From: an uncultured Gammaproteobacteria bacterium
GTDB taxonomy: Bacteria > Pseudomonadota > Gammaproteobacteria > CAWCPV01
DNA: 64,000 bases
Direction: 5' to 3'
NCBI GenBank assembly: GCA_963797555.1
Contig: CAWCPV010000019.1
Coordinates: 1 to 64,000, forward strand
Below, one piece after another: positions 32,672-43,014 of this stretch (position 1 is its first letter; every line of letters starts with the position of its first letter). The translations under genes and the position numbers were made by a program. The notes below the pieces were generated by a model. The model was not told the DNA's origin and searched no databases. It was given only the letters and a program-made list of their open reading frames with translations.

Positions 32672-32839
32672 CTCAGAGGCTCCGTACCCGCTATCGAGAT
32701 CCACTCCTCGACCTCTGCGTGTTCCTTGCGCAGCATGTGCTCGGCTTGCAGCCGATCCAGCAAGCAGCCGAATTGCTCCAACGATATTAGGATGTCCTAA
32801 TATGCACCCAAATCCAATTCTCCCTGACTTGGAGCCGGC

Positions 32840-35288
32840 TCAAGCCGATGCGAAAACAGGGTGGCTGAGGATGTCCGCTACCCTCGCATCCCAGGAGTTC
32901 TCCTTCGCCAGAGCGATGCGACGCGCCCGCAGGTCCTCCCGGTCCTTGGTTTGCAGCGCCTGCTCTAGCTTCGCCAGGAATTCCTCACGGTTCAGGGCAA
33001 TGTAACAATCGTTTTGGTAAGGCAAGAGCTCCGGAAGATCCACGGCAACCACCGGCTTGCCACTGCTCAGGTATTCGTAAAATTTGACCGGGTTGGTGGC
33101 CAGGGTCAGCGGCATGATCTTGAAGGGGATGGTGCACACGTCGAAATAGGCGAGATAACCAGGTAACTCCCGATAAGGTTTCTCGCCTAGAAACAGGACG
33201 TTGGGTAACTGCTGCGTGGCGGAAACATCGCAGCCGTGAATCTCGCCGATGAGCAGGAAAAACCAGGTGGGGCGCTCGCGCGCGCAGTAGATCACGAGAT
33301 CCAGGTCGAACCAGTCGGAGATGGCGCCGTAGTACCCGATGATGGGATGCCCGCGCAGGTGGTCCAGCTCCCCGTTGGGTAGGGGCTGGTGGAAGTGCTC
33401 GAATTCCGTCCCGTTCATCACCAGCAGGGTGTTCTCGTTGAAAGCCCTTGCCTTTTCCATCAGCAGATGCGAGGACGTGATCACCAAGTCCGAGCGCTCT
33501 ATCAGTTCTTCCTCGGCCTTGATCGCCGACCGAGTATTGGTGCTGAATCCCCCGTGATCGTCCATGCAATCGAACACCAGCCTGCCGCCGAAACGCTCGC
33601 GCAGCCGCAGGGCCAGGGGCGCCCAGCCGGGGAACTGCACCAGAAACACGATGTCCCGCGGCTGCGCCATGTCGAGCACCGCGGACATGCCGAGCACCAA
33701 GTTGTCCAGGTCGTGCCCGCTCAGGGCATCCTTATAGAGGTTCAGGCTGCCCTTGGTGTACAGCCAAACCTGGGTGACGTGTTCGGCGAGCTCGTTGAAT
33801 CCAACGTCCCTGGCCGCGTGTTGCGCCGAACGGTAGGCCATGCCCTTGCTGAACAATCCCATGGCCAAGTACAGCACGGAGTAACCCCGCGCGGGCAGGC
33901 GCGACACAATCTGCTGCGGGCGCTGCCAGCGGAATTCCCAGTTGATGATGGGAAACACTACCACCAGGCGGCCGTCTTTCTCCGCCACCCGATCCCTGAT
34001 CGGGGCGAAGTGCTGGATGGTCGGCGCGGGGCGGCTGTCGGGTCTGAGCCAGGGATCGAACAGGGGCGCGGCGAGGAAACGGTTCACCGCGTCTCTGGCC
34101 CTCAATTCCAGCTCCATCAGGAGCTTGGCCGGGCGCATCACGAAGCTGCGCTCGATGGTCTGAAGGCGCTGGTTCATGCCATGGGCCCAGTCCGAGATTT
34201 CCATCAGCTTCTGGTGCTGCTGGGCGTAATTGGCTTGCAGCCGCTTGTTGTCCCGCTCGGCCGCGGTAAGGTGGGACTTGAGTCTCCGTGGCCCAAGCGG
34301 ACAGCTTCATCAGCTCCGTTCGCTGGGCGACAAACTGATCCATGTGCGCTTTTAGCTCTGTCGCCCAGTCCGTGGTCCTCAATAGCTCCGCCTGCTTGTC
34401 CTCCAATGCCTTATAAAATTTCTGGCTCTCGCGCAGCTTGTGCGCTAGCGAGACCGGCAAAAGCAGTGCGTCCAGGCATCCGTAGACGCCGTCCAAAACG
34501 TCCGAATCGAGGGACTCGCCGTTGGCGGCACCCCACATCACACGGGCGACCTTTTCGAAAAAGCTCGCGGGCACCGCGGCCGACAGGTCCGTGGCCGGAG
34601 ATTCGTGGTGCCGCAAGGACGGTTCCAGGAATTCGACTATCTGGCGTTCCGCCTCGGCATACTCCCGCACCCAGGCGATGCCCAGCTCGTCGGCCACCCG
34701 CGCCAGACATGGTTCGGGCTGGGCGAGCAGATCCTCGTAGCGCACGAACACCCGCGGCAGACCACGGGTGTGGCGCTCCGCTTCCAGCGTGTAAATCAAC
34801 CACAGCCATAAACTCTGCTCCGTGGACAGGCCGTTGCGCGCGCGCAGCGATGCGGCAATCTCCAACGGGTGGCGCAACGTCAACACGCACTTGGGCGCGG
34901 CACCGAGCTCGTCGAAGATGCCGCGCCAGAGGGGAAAAAGGCGGCTGAGGCGTGGGTCTTTGAAGCCCCAAAGAGATCCGGGGGCGGCGAGCGACTGGGC
35001 GATCTCCTTCAGCCGCTCCCGGTACTCCAGGGCCGCGGCGGCCTGCTCCCATCCGGCGGGCAACATCCCCGGATAGTCCCAGGTCAGCCCCAAGGCGTTG
35101 AGCAGTTTCTCTTGGGTCTCGGTAATGCGCAGATCCTCGAAGAAACCCTTGGGGTTGTCGGTTAGCGCCGGCGCCAGGTGGTCGCCGAAGTCGATTCCCA
35201 TCAGTCGGCAGACGCCGGCCATGGCAGAGGTCCCGCTGCGGTGCATGCCGAGAACGAGCAGTACCGCATTCTTCGCTAGTCCAGTCAT
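32840..35288 (-). CDS. sulfotransferase - coiled coil - GT-B glycosyltransferase fusion; 1-nt frameshift near 34283
   Basis: VLGMHRSGTS, WGFKDPR, RHPLEIA.SL (P-loop sulfotransferase); three L..x.W A repeats; QRPQQ, IGYYGAI..W, NPVKFYEY.SSGKPVV. Confidence 0.8.
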
Positions 35289-35789
35289 TCCTACTGTCAT
35301 TAGCCCAGTTGGCCACAAAGTCACGCCGCAAACGCCATTTTTGGGGAGCCCATGAGCATTGCGTCCCGTCAAGGACCACCGGCCTTCCGAAAGCTCCGAC
35401 GGTCCTTGCCCCGTACCGACATCTGTCGACAGGCGCGCACCAGGGCTCCTGCATCGGACCGGTCAAATTTATACGAATCGAGCAGCCAGCCGATTGCAAC
35501 GTCCTCGCATGGTCCCGCGGCAGGGCGGTATGGTCAAACCGCCCGTCGCCCTTTGACAAAGTGGTGCAGGACACTTGCAGGGGCTCACTATAGTATCATT
35601 TGGTCAAATGGGCGGCGTTGGGAGGCGGGCGCGATGAGCCGCGCGTCGGGCCAGCGCACGTGGTGTGGGGCACGACGGGACCAAACAGTTTATGCGGAAG
35701 GCGGGTGGACGATGCGCCAACGGGTATCGGCAACCGGCACACTTGGCGGGAGCTGGACGCTGCAGTAGACGGCGGCGAGCGTCACGAGA

Positions 35790-36580
35790 TCCCGGGATTG
35801 GAACTCATCCGGCTGGAGACCGCCGACCGCGTAGTACGGGCCACCCTGCGCCCGCAAAGCGATGACCAGCCCGTCGCGAGCCAGCTCCTTTACTTGATCG
35901 ACGACGCCGCGTGGCAGAATAACCTCCGGTGCCAACTTTGTACCCTTTGGCTGGGATGCAGCAAGCCGTGCACAGCACCTGGGCCGGGTGCTGAACCAGG
36001 CGCGGTTTCTCCTCCTGCCCTGGGTGCGGGTGGCGAACCTGGCCTCCAAGGTCCTCCGGCTGGCCGCGCGGCAGGTGCCGGGCGAGTTCGATCTGCTCTA
36101 TGGGATGCGCCCGGTGCTGCTGGAGACCTTCGTCGAGGCCGGCCGGTTCGCGGGCACCTGTTATCGGGCGGCCAACTGGTGTTGTCTGGGGCAGACCACC
36201 GGGCGGGGCAAGCTCGACGGTGAGGCGCTGCCCATCAAGGATGTGTATGTCTATCCGCTGGACCGGGCGCGACGCACCTTGGAGAAGCTCGGAGCCCCTC
36301 CCATGGAGAGCATTCCGGCCGCCTGTGGCGGCTGGGCCGAGACCCTGGCGGCCTATCGGCTGTTCGACCACTCCCGGGTGACCGCCCAGACGGTGCTCGA
36401 GCCCCATTACGCCTGCACCGAGCAGCGTATGCACGCCCATCCTCGGGTGCTATGCATCCAAGACACCACGGAAGGGGACTACACCGGCAAGAACGACATC
36501 GCCGGGCTGGGCCCGCTCAACTACGAGACCCGCCGCGGATTGTATCTGCACCCCACCCTCGCCGTGACCCCCGACCGGGT
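35790..36580 (+). pseudogene. DUF4338-domain / IS4 (IS50-like) transposase remnant
   Basis: NQARFLLLPWV..NLAS, LLETFVE, CYRAANW, then SIP.ACGGWAET.AAYRLF, CIQDTTE, HPTLAVTP; truncated. Confidence 0.8.
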
Positions 36581-36903
36581 GCCCTGCAGTCATTCACTAA
36601 TGTTCAGGCCTCCGGGTTTGCTCGCCACCCAGGTCGTTCTGCAGCGTAGCCTACGGGTCAAGCTCCTGGGCCGCCGCGGTAAGGTTCGGTGGGCGACCCA
36701 ATGCTTTCGCACTGGCCCTCAGTCCGACTCCCATTGCAACGGCGCAGCGCCTGCCCCCTACGCCGGGCAGCCGTGGCTTTTACGTCCACGCCTATCTCGG
36801 CCTGTTACCTCGCCGAGCAGTGGATATGCTGGCCGTCTGAATCGAGCAATTGACGGCAGAGGGACTTGCACCCTCCAAGACTCGCGGCCCTGCTGGCCGC
36901 CCC
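36580..36903 (-). mobile_element. group II intron 5' fragment (domain I, no reverse transcriptase)
   Basis: Minus strand G(G)GCGGCC..gtgcaagtccc..gccgtcaattgc..agcatatccac..aggtaac..gcgtggacgtaaaagccacggctgccc..gcgagcaaacccggaggcctgaac resembles bacterial group II 5' ends (recognised by eye). Confidence 0.6.
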
Positions 36904-36904
36904 C

Positions 36905-37480
36905 AGGAAATTCAACCGCATCTGGCGTGGGCGGAAGCTATAGTCCCCGCGCGGGCAGCGGTCAAGGTTCGGGCAGGTTCGGCGCAGGGGGGCCGGTCCG
37001 CAGGGCGGGATTTGACTTCCGGAGGCTGGCCGAGCCGGCCCAAGGAGGGTGGCTCGGGGTTGCGGTGGCGGGTTTCCCGGCGAGCTGCACCAACGCTGCC
37101 GTTCCCGTTGGGGAGAAGCTCCGTTGCGGGGTTTTACCAGCTCAGGGGCTGGTCGAATTTGAAGGCCGGCGCCGGCTCGGTGGCTTCGGGGTCGAAGGCC
37201 CGGCTCTGGTCGAAACACTCTTCCCACTCTGGCGGGCCCCGCGCGGGGGAGGCTGGCGGCGGCTGGGTCGGTTCCCCGAGGTGCTGGAGAATGCGGGTCA
37301 CCGAGGCCGTATCGGTGACGAAGGAGATGATCCGCATCGGGGCCCCACAGTGCGGACAGGCCAGCGGAAAGATTCTCGCCAGCAGCATCGCCCACAGGGA
37401 GGTGACATACGATCGGTGCACCGTCTCTGCGGCACGGTCCTGCGTGCTCGCCGCCGGGCTGCCTGGCGGCAGGCAGCAAT
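36905..37480 (-). mobile_element. IS91/ISCR-family remnant: transposase C-terminus plus oriIS
   Basis: WAMLLARI..PL.CPHCGAPMRII.F.TD...RIL.HLGEP...PARGPP; oriIS-like GCGGTTGAATTTCCT at 36919..36905. Confidence 0.8.
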
Positions 37481-37535
37481 GCAACAACTGATGCAGAAAC
37501 ATCAGGCAATGTCTCTTTTTTTTTTACCTGGCGGA

Positions 37536-37564
37536 TTGACAGAGCCTCCTGACAAGGCTATATT
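37536..37564 (+). promoter_or_regulatory. strong sigma70-type promoter for the putative S-layer gene
   Basis: TTGACA-17 bp-TATATT with a T10 tract at 37516..37525. Confidence 0.7.
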
Positions 37565-37697
37565 GCAACTCGGCAAAGCGCAGGTTCGGTCGGGGGAGGT
37601 GAGCAAGGACCAAACCCTTCTGGTGCCGCTCATAGTGGATGCCGAGAACCTGCAAGCCAGGCTAATTTCTACTGATCCTAATAAGGAGTCTGCCATC

Positions 37698-39383
37698 ATG
37701 AATCGAGCTTCAGGCATCACTCTGTTCTCTGCCATCGCGGCGAGCTTGGGGAGCATGGGCACCTCGCTCCATGCAACGCGTAAATCCCGGGCCGGCCTGG
37801 CGGTTGCGGCCGTTCTTGGCGCCTCCGTCCTGACCCCCTCCGCATCGTTTGGGTATGCGGTGAATGTAACTCCGCCAGGTACGCTCGTCACCCCCAGCGG
37901 TGGCGACACCCTGGTGTACCCCATCTACACCACGGCGACGGGCATGGTGAATGGTGCCGCCACCAGCGCCACCACCTCGTTTTCGGTGACCAACACCAGT
38001 AGCGGCCCATGGGTAGCTCTACCTAACGCACATGGCGGCCAGACCATCGCGGCGAAGATCCGCTTCCGCGAGCAAGACCACTCGATGGACGTGCTGGACT
38101 TCGTCGTGGTCCTGTCGCCGACCGACAAGTTCGATTTCACGGTGGCGGCCGGCAATCCCCGCCCGCTGATGAGCTGGAATGACAATAGCTGCGTGATCGG
38201 CCCCATTCAGCCGGCTCCCGGCACCACCGGGTCGGTGATGTTCCAGAGCTCGCCGTTCGTCCCGACCAACGAGCAGATGTCGGTCGGTCACTTGGAGGTG
38301 CTCGGTATGGCGGATGTGAGCCAAGTCTGCGTCAATCCCAGCACGGGCGCCTGGGCAAGTAATTCTGCGCAGAGTCTAGGAGGATGCGCACCGGGCACCG
38401 CAAGTCTGGCCGCCGCCGCCACGCACGTGAATGGCGTGCCCCCCAATTGTGCCCTTCTGGGGAAGGTCTTTGTGAGCGCGGCCAATGTACAATCCATCAA
38501 TGCTGGTGGTGGTTGGACAGATGTGGACAATGTTCTGGTCGGCCGTTACGCCATCACGATTCCCAATGAGGGGCTCGAAGGCCAAAGTGACGCCATTGCG
38601 ATCCAGAATTCAGACCTGACCTCCACCGCCGCGGGGGCTACTCCGACGCTGGTCACCTCGCAAAGCCCCCAGCTGTGCACTGCTACTGCTCCCGCCAACT
38701 GTACTGCGAACTACGCGTGGGATACGAAAAACTGGGATCACCCCCACCTCGCCGATATGGTCAACTTGGCCAGCTTCCAGGCGGCGTTGACTACAGCGGC
38801 CATCACGGGCGACTGGTCGAACAACCCGGTCAATCATGTGGGCGTCGACTGGGTGCTCAGCTTCCCCGACAAATACGCCTATCTTGACTTCCCCAGCGCG
38901 CCTGCCGGTAACACTGCCGGTTGCAAACCGAATCAATGGTGTTTGCTGATGAACACAAGCAGTGGTCATGGCACGAATGCGCTGTGGACCGCTGCCAATA
39001 GCCCCGCTCAAGATAGTAGCGACAGTACCCATGCCCTGTGCCTCACTGACAACGGCATCCAAGCCTATGACAAAGATGAAAATGCCTCTTCCGGGGTTCT
39101 CATGGTGTCACCGGGCAGCTTAACTCAGTTCGATGTCTGTCCGGAGTTGAGTGTCTTTACCCTGGCCGCGACCGGCCAAACCCCGATCCCGTCGGTGATT
39201 CAAACCGCCGCCCGGCGTCAGACTATTGAGTTCCAGAACCTCGATGCGCCCCGCGGCTGGGCCTACCTGCCCCTCAGTTGGAATCTACCTGGTGATGCGG
39301 TGACGGGCATCCTCTGGACCATTCGGGCCACGGAGAATCCGACCATTAACAACGGCTCCATCAGCGAGCTGCAGAAGTTCTGA
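37698..39383 (+). CDS. secreted cell-surface protein, putative S-layer protein (561 aa)
   Basis: AAGGAG RBS, long signal peptide, Thr/Ala/Ser/Asn/Gly-rich; N-terminal LVYPIYT..SVTNT..AAKIRFRE..S.DVLDF..VLSP.D resembles proteobacterial cell-surface/S-layer proteins; own promoter and terminator. Confidence 0.7.
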   Translation: MNRASGITLFSAIAASLGSMGTSLHATRKSRAGLAVAAVLGASVLTPSASFGYAVNVTPPGTLVTPSGGDTLVYPIYTTATGMVNGAATSATTSFSVTNTSSGPWVALPNAHGGQTIAAKIRFREQDHSMDVLDFVVVLSPTDKFDFTVAAGNPRPLMSWNDNSCVIGPIQPAPGTTGSVMFQSSPFVPTNEQMSVGHLEVLGMADVSQVCVNPSTGAWASNSAQSLGGCAPGTASLAAAATHVNGVPPNCALLGKVFVSAANVQSINAGGGWTDVDNVLVGRYAITIPNEGLEGQSDAIAIQNSDLTSTAAGATPTLVTSQSPQLCTATAPANCTANYAWDTKNWDHPHLADMVNLASFQAALTTAAITGDWSNNPVNHVGVDWVLSFPDKYAYLDFPSAPAGNTAGCKPNQWCLLMNTSSGHGTNALWTAANSPAQDSSDSTHALCLTDNGIQAYDKDENASSGVLMVSPGSLTQFDVCPELSVFTLAATGQTPIPSVIQTAARRQTIEFQNLDAPRGWAYLPLSWNLPGDAVTGILWTIRATENPTINNGSISELQKF

Positions 39384-39408
39384 ATCCCCTTGCAGATCGA
39401 AGACTAGA

Positions 39409-39441
39409 AAGAGGGCGCCTGCGGGCGCCCTCTTCATTCTT
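39409..39441 (+). terminator. Rho-independent terminator
   Basis: aagagggcgcc-TGCG-ggcgccctctt hairpin plus cattctt. Confidence 0.75.
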
Positions 39442-39474
39442 GGCCAATCGCACCGGCTTCGCGATTGGATGGAT

Positions 39475-40842
39475 ATGCACCCCTCTTCCTTGGACAACAT
39501 GCAGACCTGCTATCAGCGCTATGTCGTGCCCTCGGGACTGGCGGCCCGGGCGGGGGTGGCGATCCTGGATCTCGCCGGCGCCGACGTTAACGGCAGCTAC
39601 CGGCCGATCTTCGCCGGGCCCCAGTTTGCGTATCGCACCGCGGATATCGCCGCGGGGTTGGGCGTCGATCTGGTCCTGGAGGAGACCCCTACCGCATCCC
39701 CCTGCCCGACGCCTCCATGGACATCGTCCTGTCCGGAGAGATGCTGGAGCACTGCGAGTTTTTCTGGCTGACGTTCCAGGAAAACGGTACGGGTGCTGAA
39801 ACCCGATGGGTTCATCTTTCTCATCGCCCCCTCCGCAGGTCCCATCCATCGCTACCCGGTGGATTGTTATCGCTTCTATCCCGACGCTTACGCGGCGCTG
39901 GCCAAGTATGCCGGTTGCCATTTGCACGAGGTGTGGCGAGATGAACGGGGTCCCTGGCAGGATCTGGTCGGGGTGTTTGGCAAGCGCCCGCTCCCGCCTG
40001 CCGTGGCGGACGCCGCCTCGTCTTTAGGCGCAGGAACGCCTGCTGGCCGCTCCGGCACCGATCGACTCGCGCCCCGAGGAGGAACTGATCGCCGGCCAAG
40101 CCGACTACCTGGAGGTGTTGGGGCGAATCCACCAGCGCTTGCAGCCGCGCCGCTATCTGGAGATCGGGGTGCGCCACGGCTGCAGCCTGGCCCTGGCCGC
40201 CTGCCCGGCGATCGGTGTCGATCCGGCGCCCGAGCTGGACAGACCGCTGGCGCCGACGACCCGGATCGTCACCGCGACCAGCGACCGGTTCTTCGAGGCC
40301 CAGGCTGCGGCCGTGCTGGAACAGCCCGTCGATCTCGTGTTCATCGACGGTATGCACCTGTTCGAGTTCGCCTTGCGAGATTTTATGAATGTGGAGCGCT
40401 GGGCGACGCCGACCACTCTGGTGGTCATCGACGACATCTTTCCCAACCACCCGCGCCAGGGGTTGCGCAACCGGACAACCCGGGTTTGGACCGGGGACGT
40501 GTGGCGGCTCCATCAGTGCCTGAGGGCGGAGCGACCGGACCTGGTCCTGCTGCCTCTCGACACCCGACCGACCGGACTGCTTTTGGTGGCGGGTCTCGAT
40601 GCGCACCATCGGCTCCTGTGGGAGCGCTACAATCCGCTGGTGAGGCAGTACCGGGACCGGCAAGGAGAGGTCCCGCCCGATGACGTGCTGCGTCGGCGGG
40701 GGGCCATTGCCCCGGACGCTGCGGTGGTGAATGAGCTGCTCGGGCTGCTGCGGGCGCTACGGGACGCTGCCCTGCCAGGGCCCGCCGTGGCGGCGAGCTG
40801 CGCGCCCTGCGGGCAGGCGGCCTCCTTGGAGCGGACCGATGA
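39475..40842 (+). pseudogene. two-domain SAM methyltransferase (class I + Methyltransf_24-like), at least 3 frameshifts
   Basis: LDL.GADVNGSY, GEMLEHCEFFW, HRYPVDCYRFYPD; then YLEIGV, FIDGMH, WTGDVW in successive frames. Confidence 0.75.
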
Positions 40843-41807
40843 GCGTGGGACGATGGTGGTGGCCGGCCCGCGGCGGGCCGCAGCGCGGCGTCTCCGCGGG
40901 CAGCCCTCGTCTCTCGGTGGTCATCGTGGCCTATAACATGGCGCGGGAACTGCCGCGAACCCTTCAATCCCTGGCGCCGGTCATGCAGCTTGGGATTCAG
41001 GCGAAAGAGTATGAGATCATTGTGATGGACAATGGCTCCACCGTCGCCTGGGACGAGGGCGTCTGCCGCCGCTGGTGTCCGGACCTTCGGATCCAGCGGG
41101 TCGCCCGCCCGACGCCGTCGCCCGTCGCCGCCATCAACCAAGGGCTTGCTTTAACGTCCGGCGATCTCATCGGGGTGTGGATCGACGGTGCGCGGCTCGC
41201 TTCGCCAGGGCTCCTCGCGACCGCCTTGGCTGCCGCCCGGATGCATCAGCGCCCGGTCATCGGGACCATAGGTTTCCATCTCGGCCCGGATCTGCAGCGG
41301 CGATCGATCCAGTTGGGGTACAACCAGGCCCGGGAGGACGCCCTGCTGGCCTCGGTTCGCTGGGAGGAAGACGGCTATCGGCTATTCGGAATCGCCAGCT
41401 TCGGCGGCTCTTCGTCCGACGGCTGGTTCATGCCGATCGGCGAGAGCAATGCGCTTTTCTTGACGCGGGCGCTGTGGGCGGAGCTGGACGGCTACGAACC
41501 TCGCTTCCAGATGCCTGGGGGCGGCTTGGCCAATCTGGATGTCTGGCGACGGGCTTGCCTGGCCCCCGGAACCCAGGTAATCATTCTGTTGGGCGAGGGC
41601 ACCTTCCATCAGATTCACGGCGGTATGGCCACCAACGCGCCGCAGCCGATGTTTCCGGTCTTTCACGAGGAATACCTGGCGATTCGAGGCGAGCCTTTCG
41701 CACCGCCTCAGATCTCGCCCCTGTTCGTCGGCGGCGTGCCACCCGCTGCGCTGCCCAAGCTAGCTTGGTCCGCAGAGCATGCGCTCGCGCGCCTGGGCGG
41801 TGGATGA
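40839..41807 (+). CDS. glycosyltransferase family 2
   Basis: LSVVIVAYNM, IIVMDNGS, GGLANLD, EGTFHQIHGG. Confidence 0.85.
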   Translation: MSVGRWWWPARGGPQRGVSAGSPRLSVVIVAYNMARELPRTLQSLAPVMQLGIQAKEYEIIVMDNGSTVAWDEGVCRRWCPDLRIQRVARPTPSPVAAINQGLALTSGDLIGVWIDGARLASPGLLATALAAARMHQRPVIGTIGFHLGPDLQRRSIQLGYNQAREDALLASVRWEEDGYRLFGIASFGGSSSDGWFMPIGESNALFLTRALWAELDGYEPRFQMPGGGLANLDVWRRACLAPGTQVIILLGEGTFHQIHGGMATNAPQPMFPVFHEEYLAIRGEPFAPPQISPLFVGGVPPAALPKLAWSAEHALARLGGG

Positions 41808-42664
41808 GCATGTCTAGGCAGGCCCGCAGAGTCGCCCCGGTGGCGATTGGAGGCGTAGGTGGCAGTGGTACTCGGCTGATTGCCCAGCTCCTCATGGAGG
41901 TCGGCTTCTACCTGGGCGATGATCTAAACGAGGCGAACGACACGCTGTGGTTTACCTTGCTGTTCAAGCGGCCCGAGATCCTAAGGGTGGCTGAGTGTGA
42001 GTTTGCCCAGTCCCTCGATATTTTCATCGCCCGCATGACGGCCGGTGGGGCATGCTCGGCACACCAGGCGGCGCTGGTGCGTCGGCTCGCCGCATCAGAC
42101 AGACCCCCGCAACATCCCTCGGATTGGTTGAGACTCCGGCCGATTCCCTGCTGGCCCCCCAGAAGGCATGCCTGGAAGCGTGTCTTTGGGGTCGGAAGGA
42201 GCCCAACACGCATGTGGTGATCGATCGTCTGATGCGGTTGATGCCGAAAATGAAGTATCTCCACGTGGCGCGCAATGGTTTGGATATGGCTTACAGCGCC
42301 AACCAAAATCAGCTCAAATTTTGGGGTGGGCATTTCATTGGGCCAGAGTGCGAGATGTCCCCCTATTATTCCTTGAAATACTGGCGCCTGATCCACCGGC
42401 GAGTGCTCGATCTCTGCATACCGATGGGCAAGCGATTCTTCTTTTCTCAATTACGATCGCTTTTGCTCGAATCCCTTGGCGGTGTTGCCAGGGCTGCTCG
42501 ATTTCCTTGAGATCCGCGCTACGCCAGCCCTGGTCCAGAGGTTGGCGAGATTCGTGCAGCCACCCGCTTCGATGGGCCGCTTCAAGCGCTACGGACTCGA
42601 TTCATTCGATCCAGAGGATATCGCATTCGTGAAACACCTTGGCTTCGATGTTCGGCTGGACTGA
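41804..42664 (+). pseudogene. sulfotransferase family protein, 2 frameshifts
   Basis: IGGVGGSGTR PAPS loop, WG.KEPNT, HV.RNGLDMA, S.GRF across three frames. Confidence 0.75.
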
Positions 42665-42730
42665 GAATCTCGACTTCGGCCATTTTTGAGCCATTTAGGG
42701 TCCACTGTGCGGACCTTTTTCACTAACGGG

Positions 42731-43010
42731 TCAAAGCGCAATGCTGATATCAAACTGCGACTTAGCAACTGCACCGCTACGGTTGTAGAATTCGGCCCGG
42801 CAGTCTTCGTAAACCAGCCAGACTTCTGTCGCACCCCTGTCGAGATAAAGCCTGATCTTCTCCTGCATTTCTTCCTCCATGTTGGAGGGAGAAAGGATCT
42901 CTACGCAGATCTCCGGCGCCAGGCAACATCGGCAACCTTGACGCCTTTGTCCGTTTCAATAGAGCATTCCGTAATCGTCTCACCGTCGGGCAATTGGCTC
43001 TGGAGCTGAA
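42731..43010 (-). pseudogene. Uma2/DUF820 endonuclease fragment
   Basis: ECSIETDKGVKVADVAW / APEICVEILSPSN.EEEM.EKI.LY..RGA.EVW in two frames; 5' end lost. Confidence 0.7.
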
Positions 43011-43014
43011 AAGC

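Larger units (their letters stand above)
24816..32809 (-). mobile_element. ISKra4-family element, fragmented by nested insertions
   Basis: Transposase pieces at 32672..32783 (EQFGCLLDRL..EHAEVEEW), 28213..28469 (LLQGNLDLRA, TLFGEVTV) and 24847..25625 (LDFVHVLEYLW, PIATGVIEGACRHLVKNRM); end-like motifs gagtgtagctcttt and tatgcaccc. Confidence 0.7.

Noticed and set aside
35790-36280. DUF4338 as DruA of a Druantia defence system
   Set aside because: It is fused to an IS4 transposase remnant, a known arrangement, and no helicase or other dru genes are nearby.
35988-39383. 1131-aa ORF as a novel transposase-surface protein fusion
   Set aside because: It runs in frame through IS4 debris, antisense intron and IS91 sequence and a promoter. 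The real gene has its own promoter, RBS and signal peptide at 37698.
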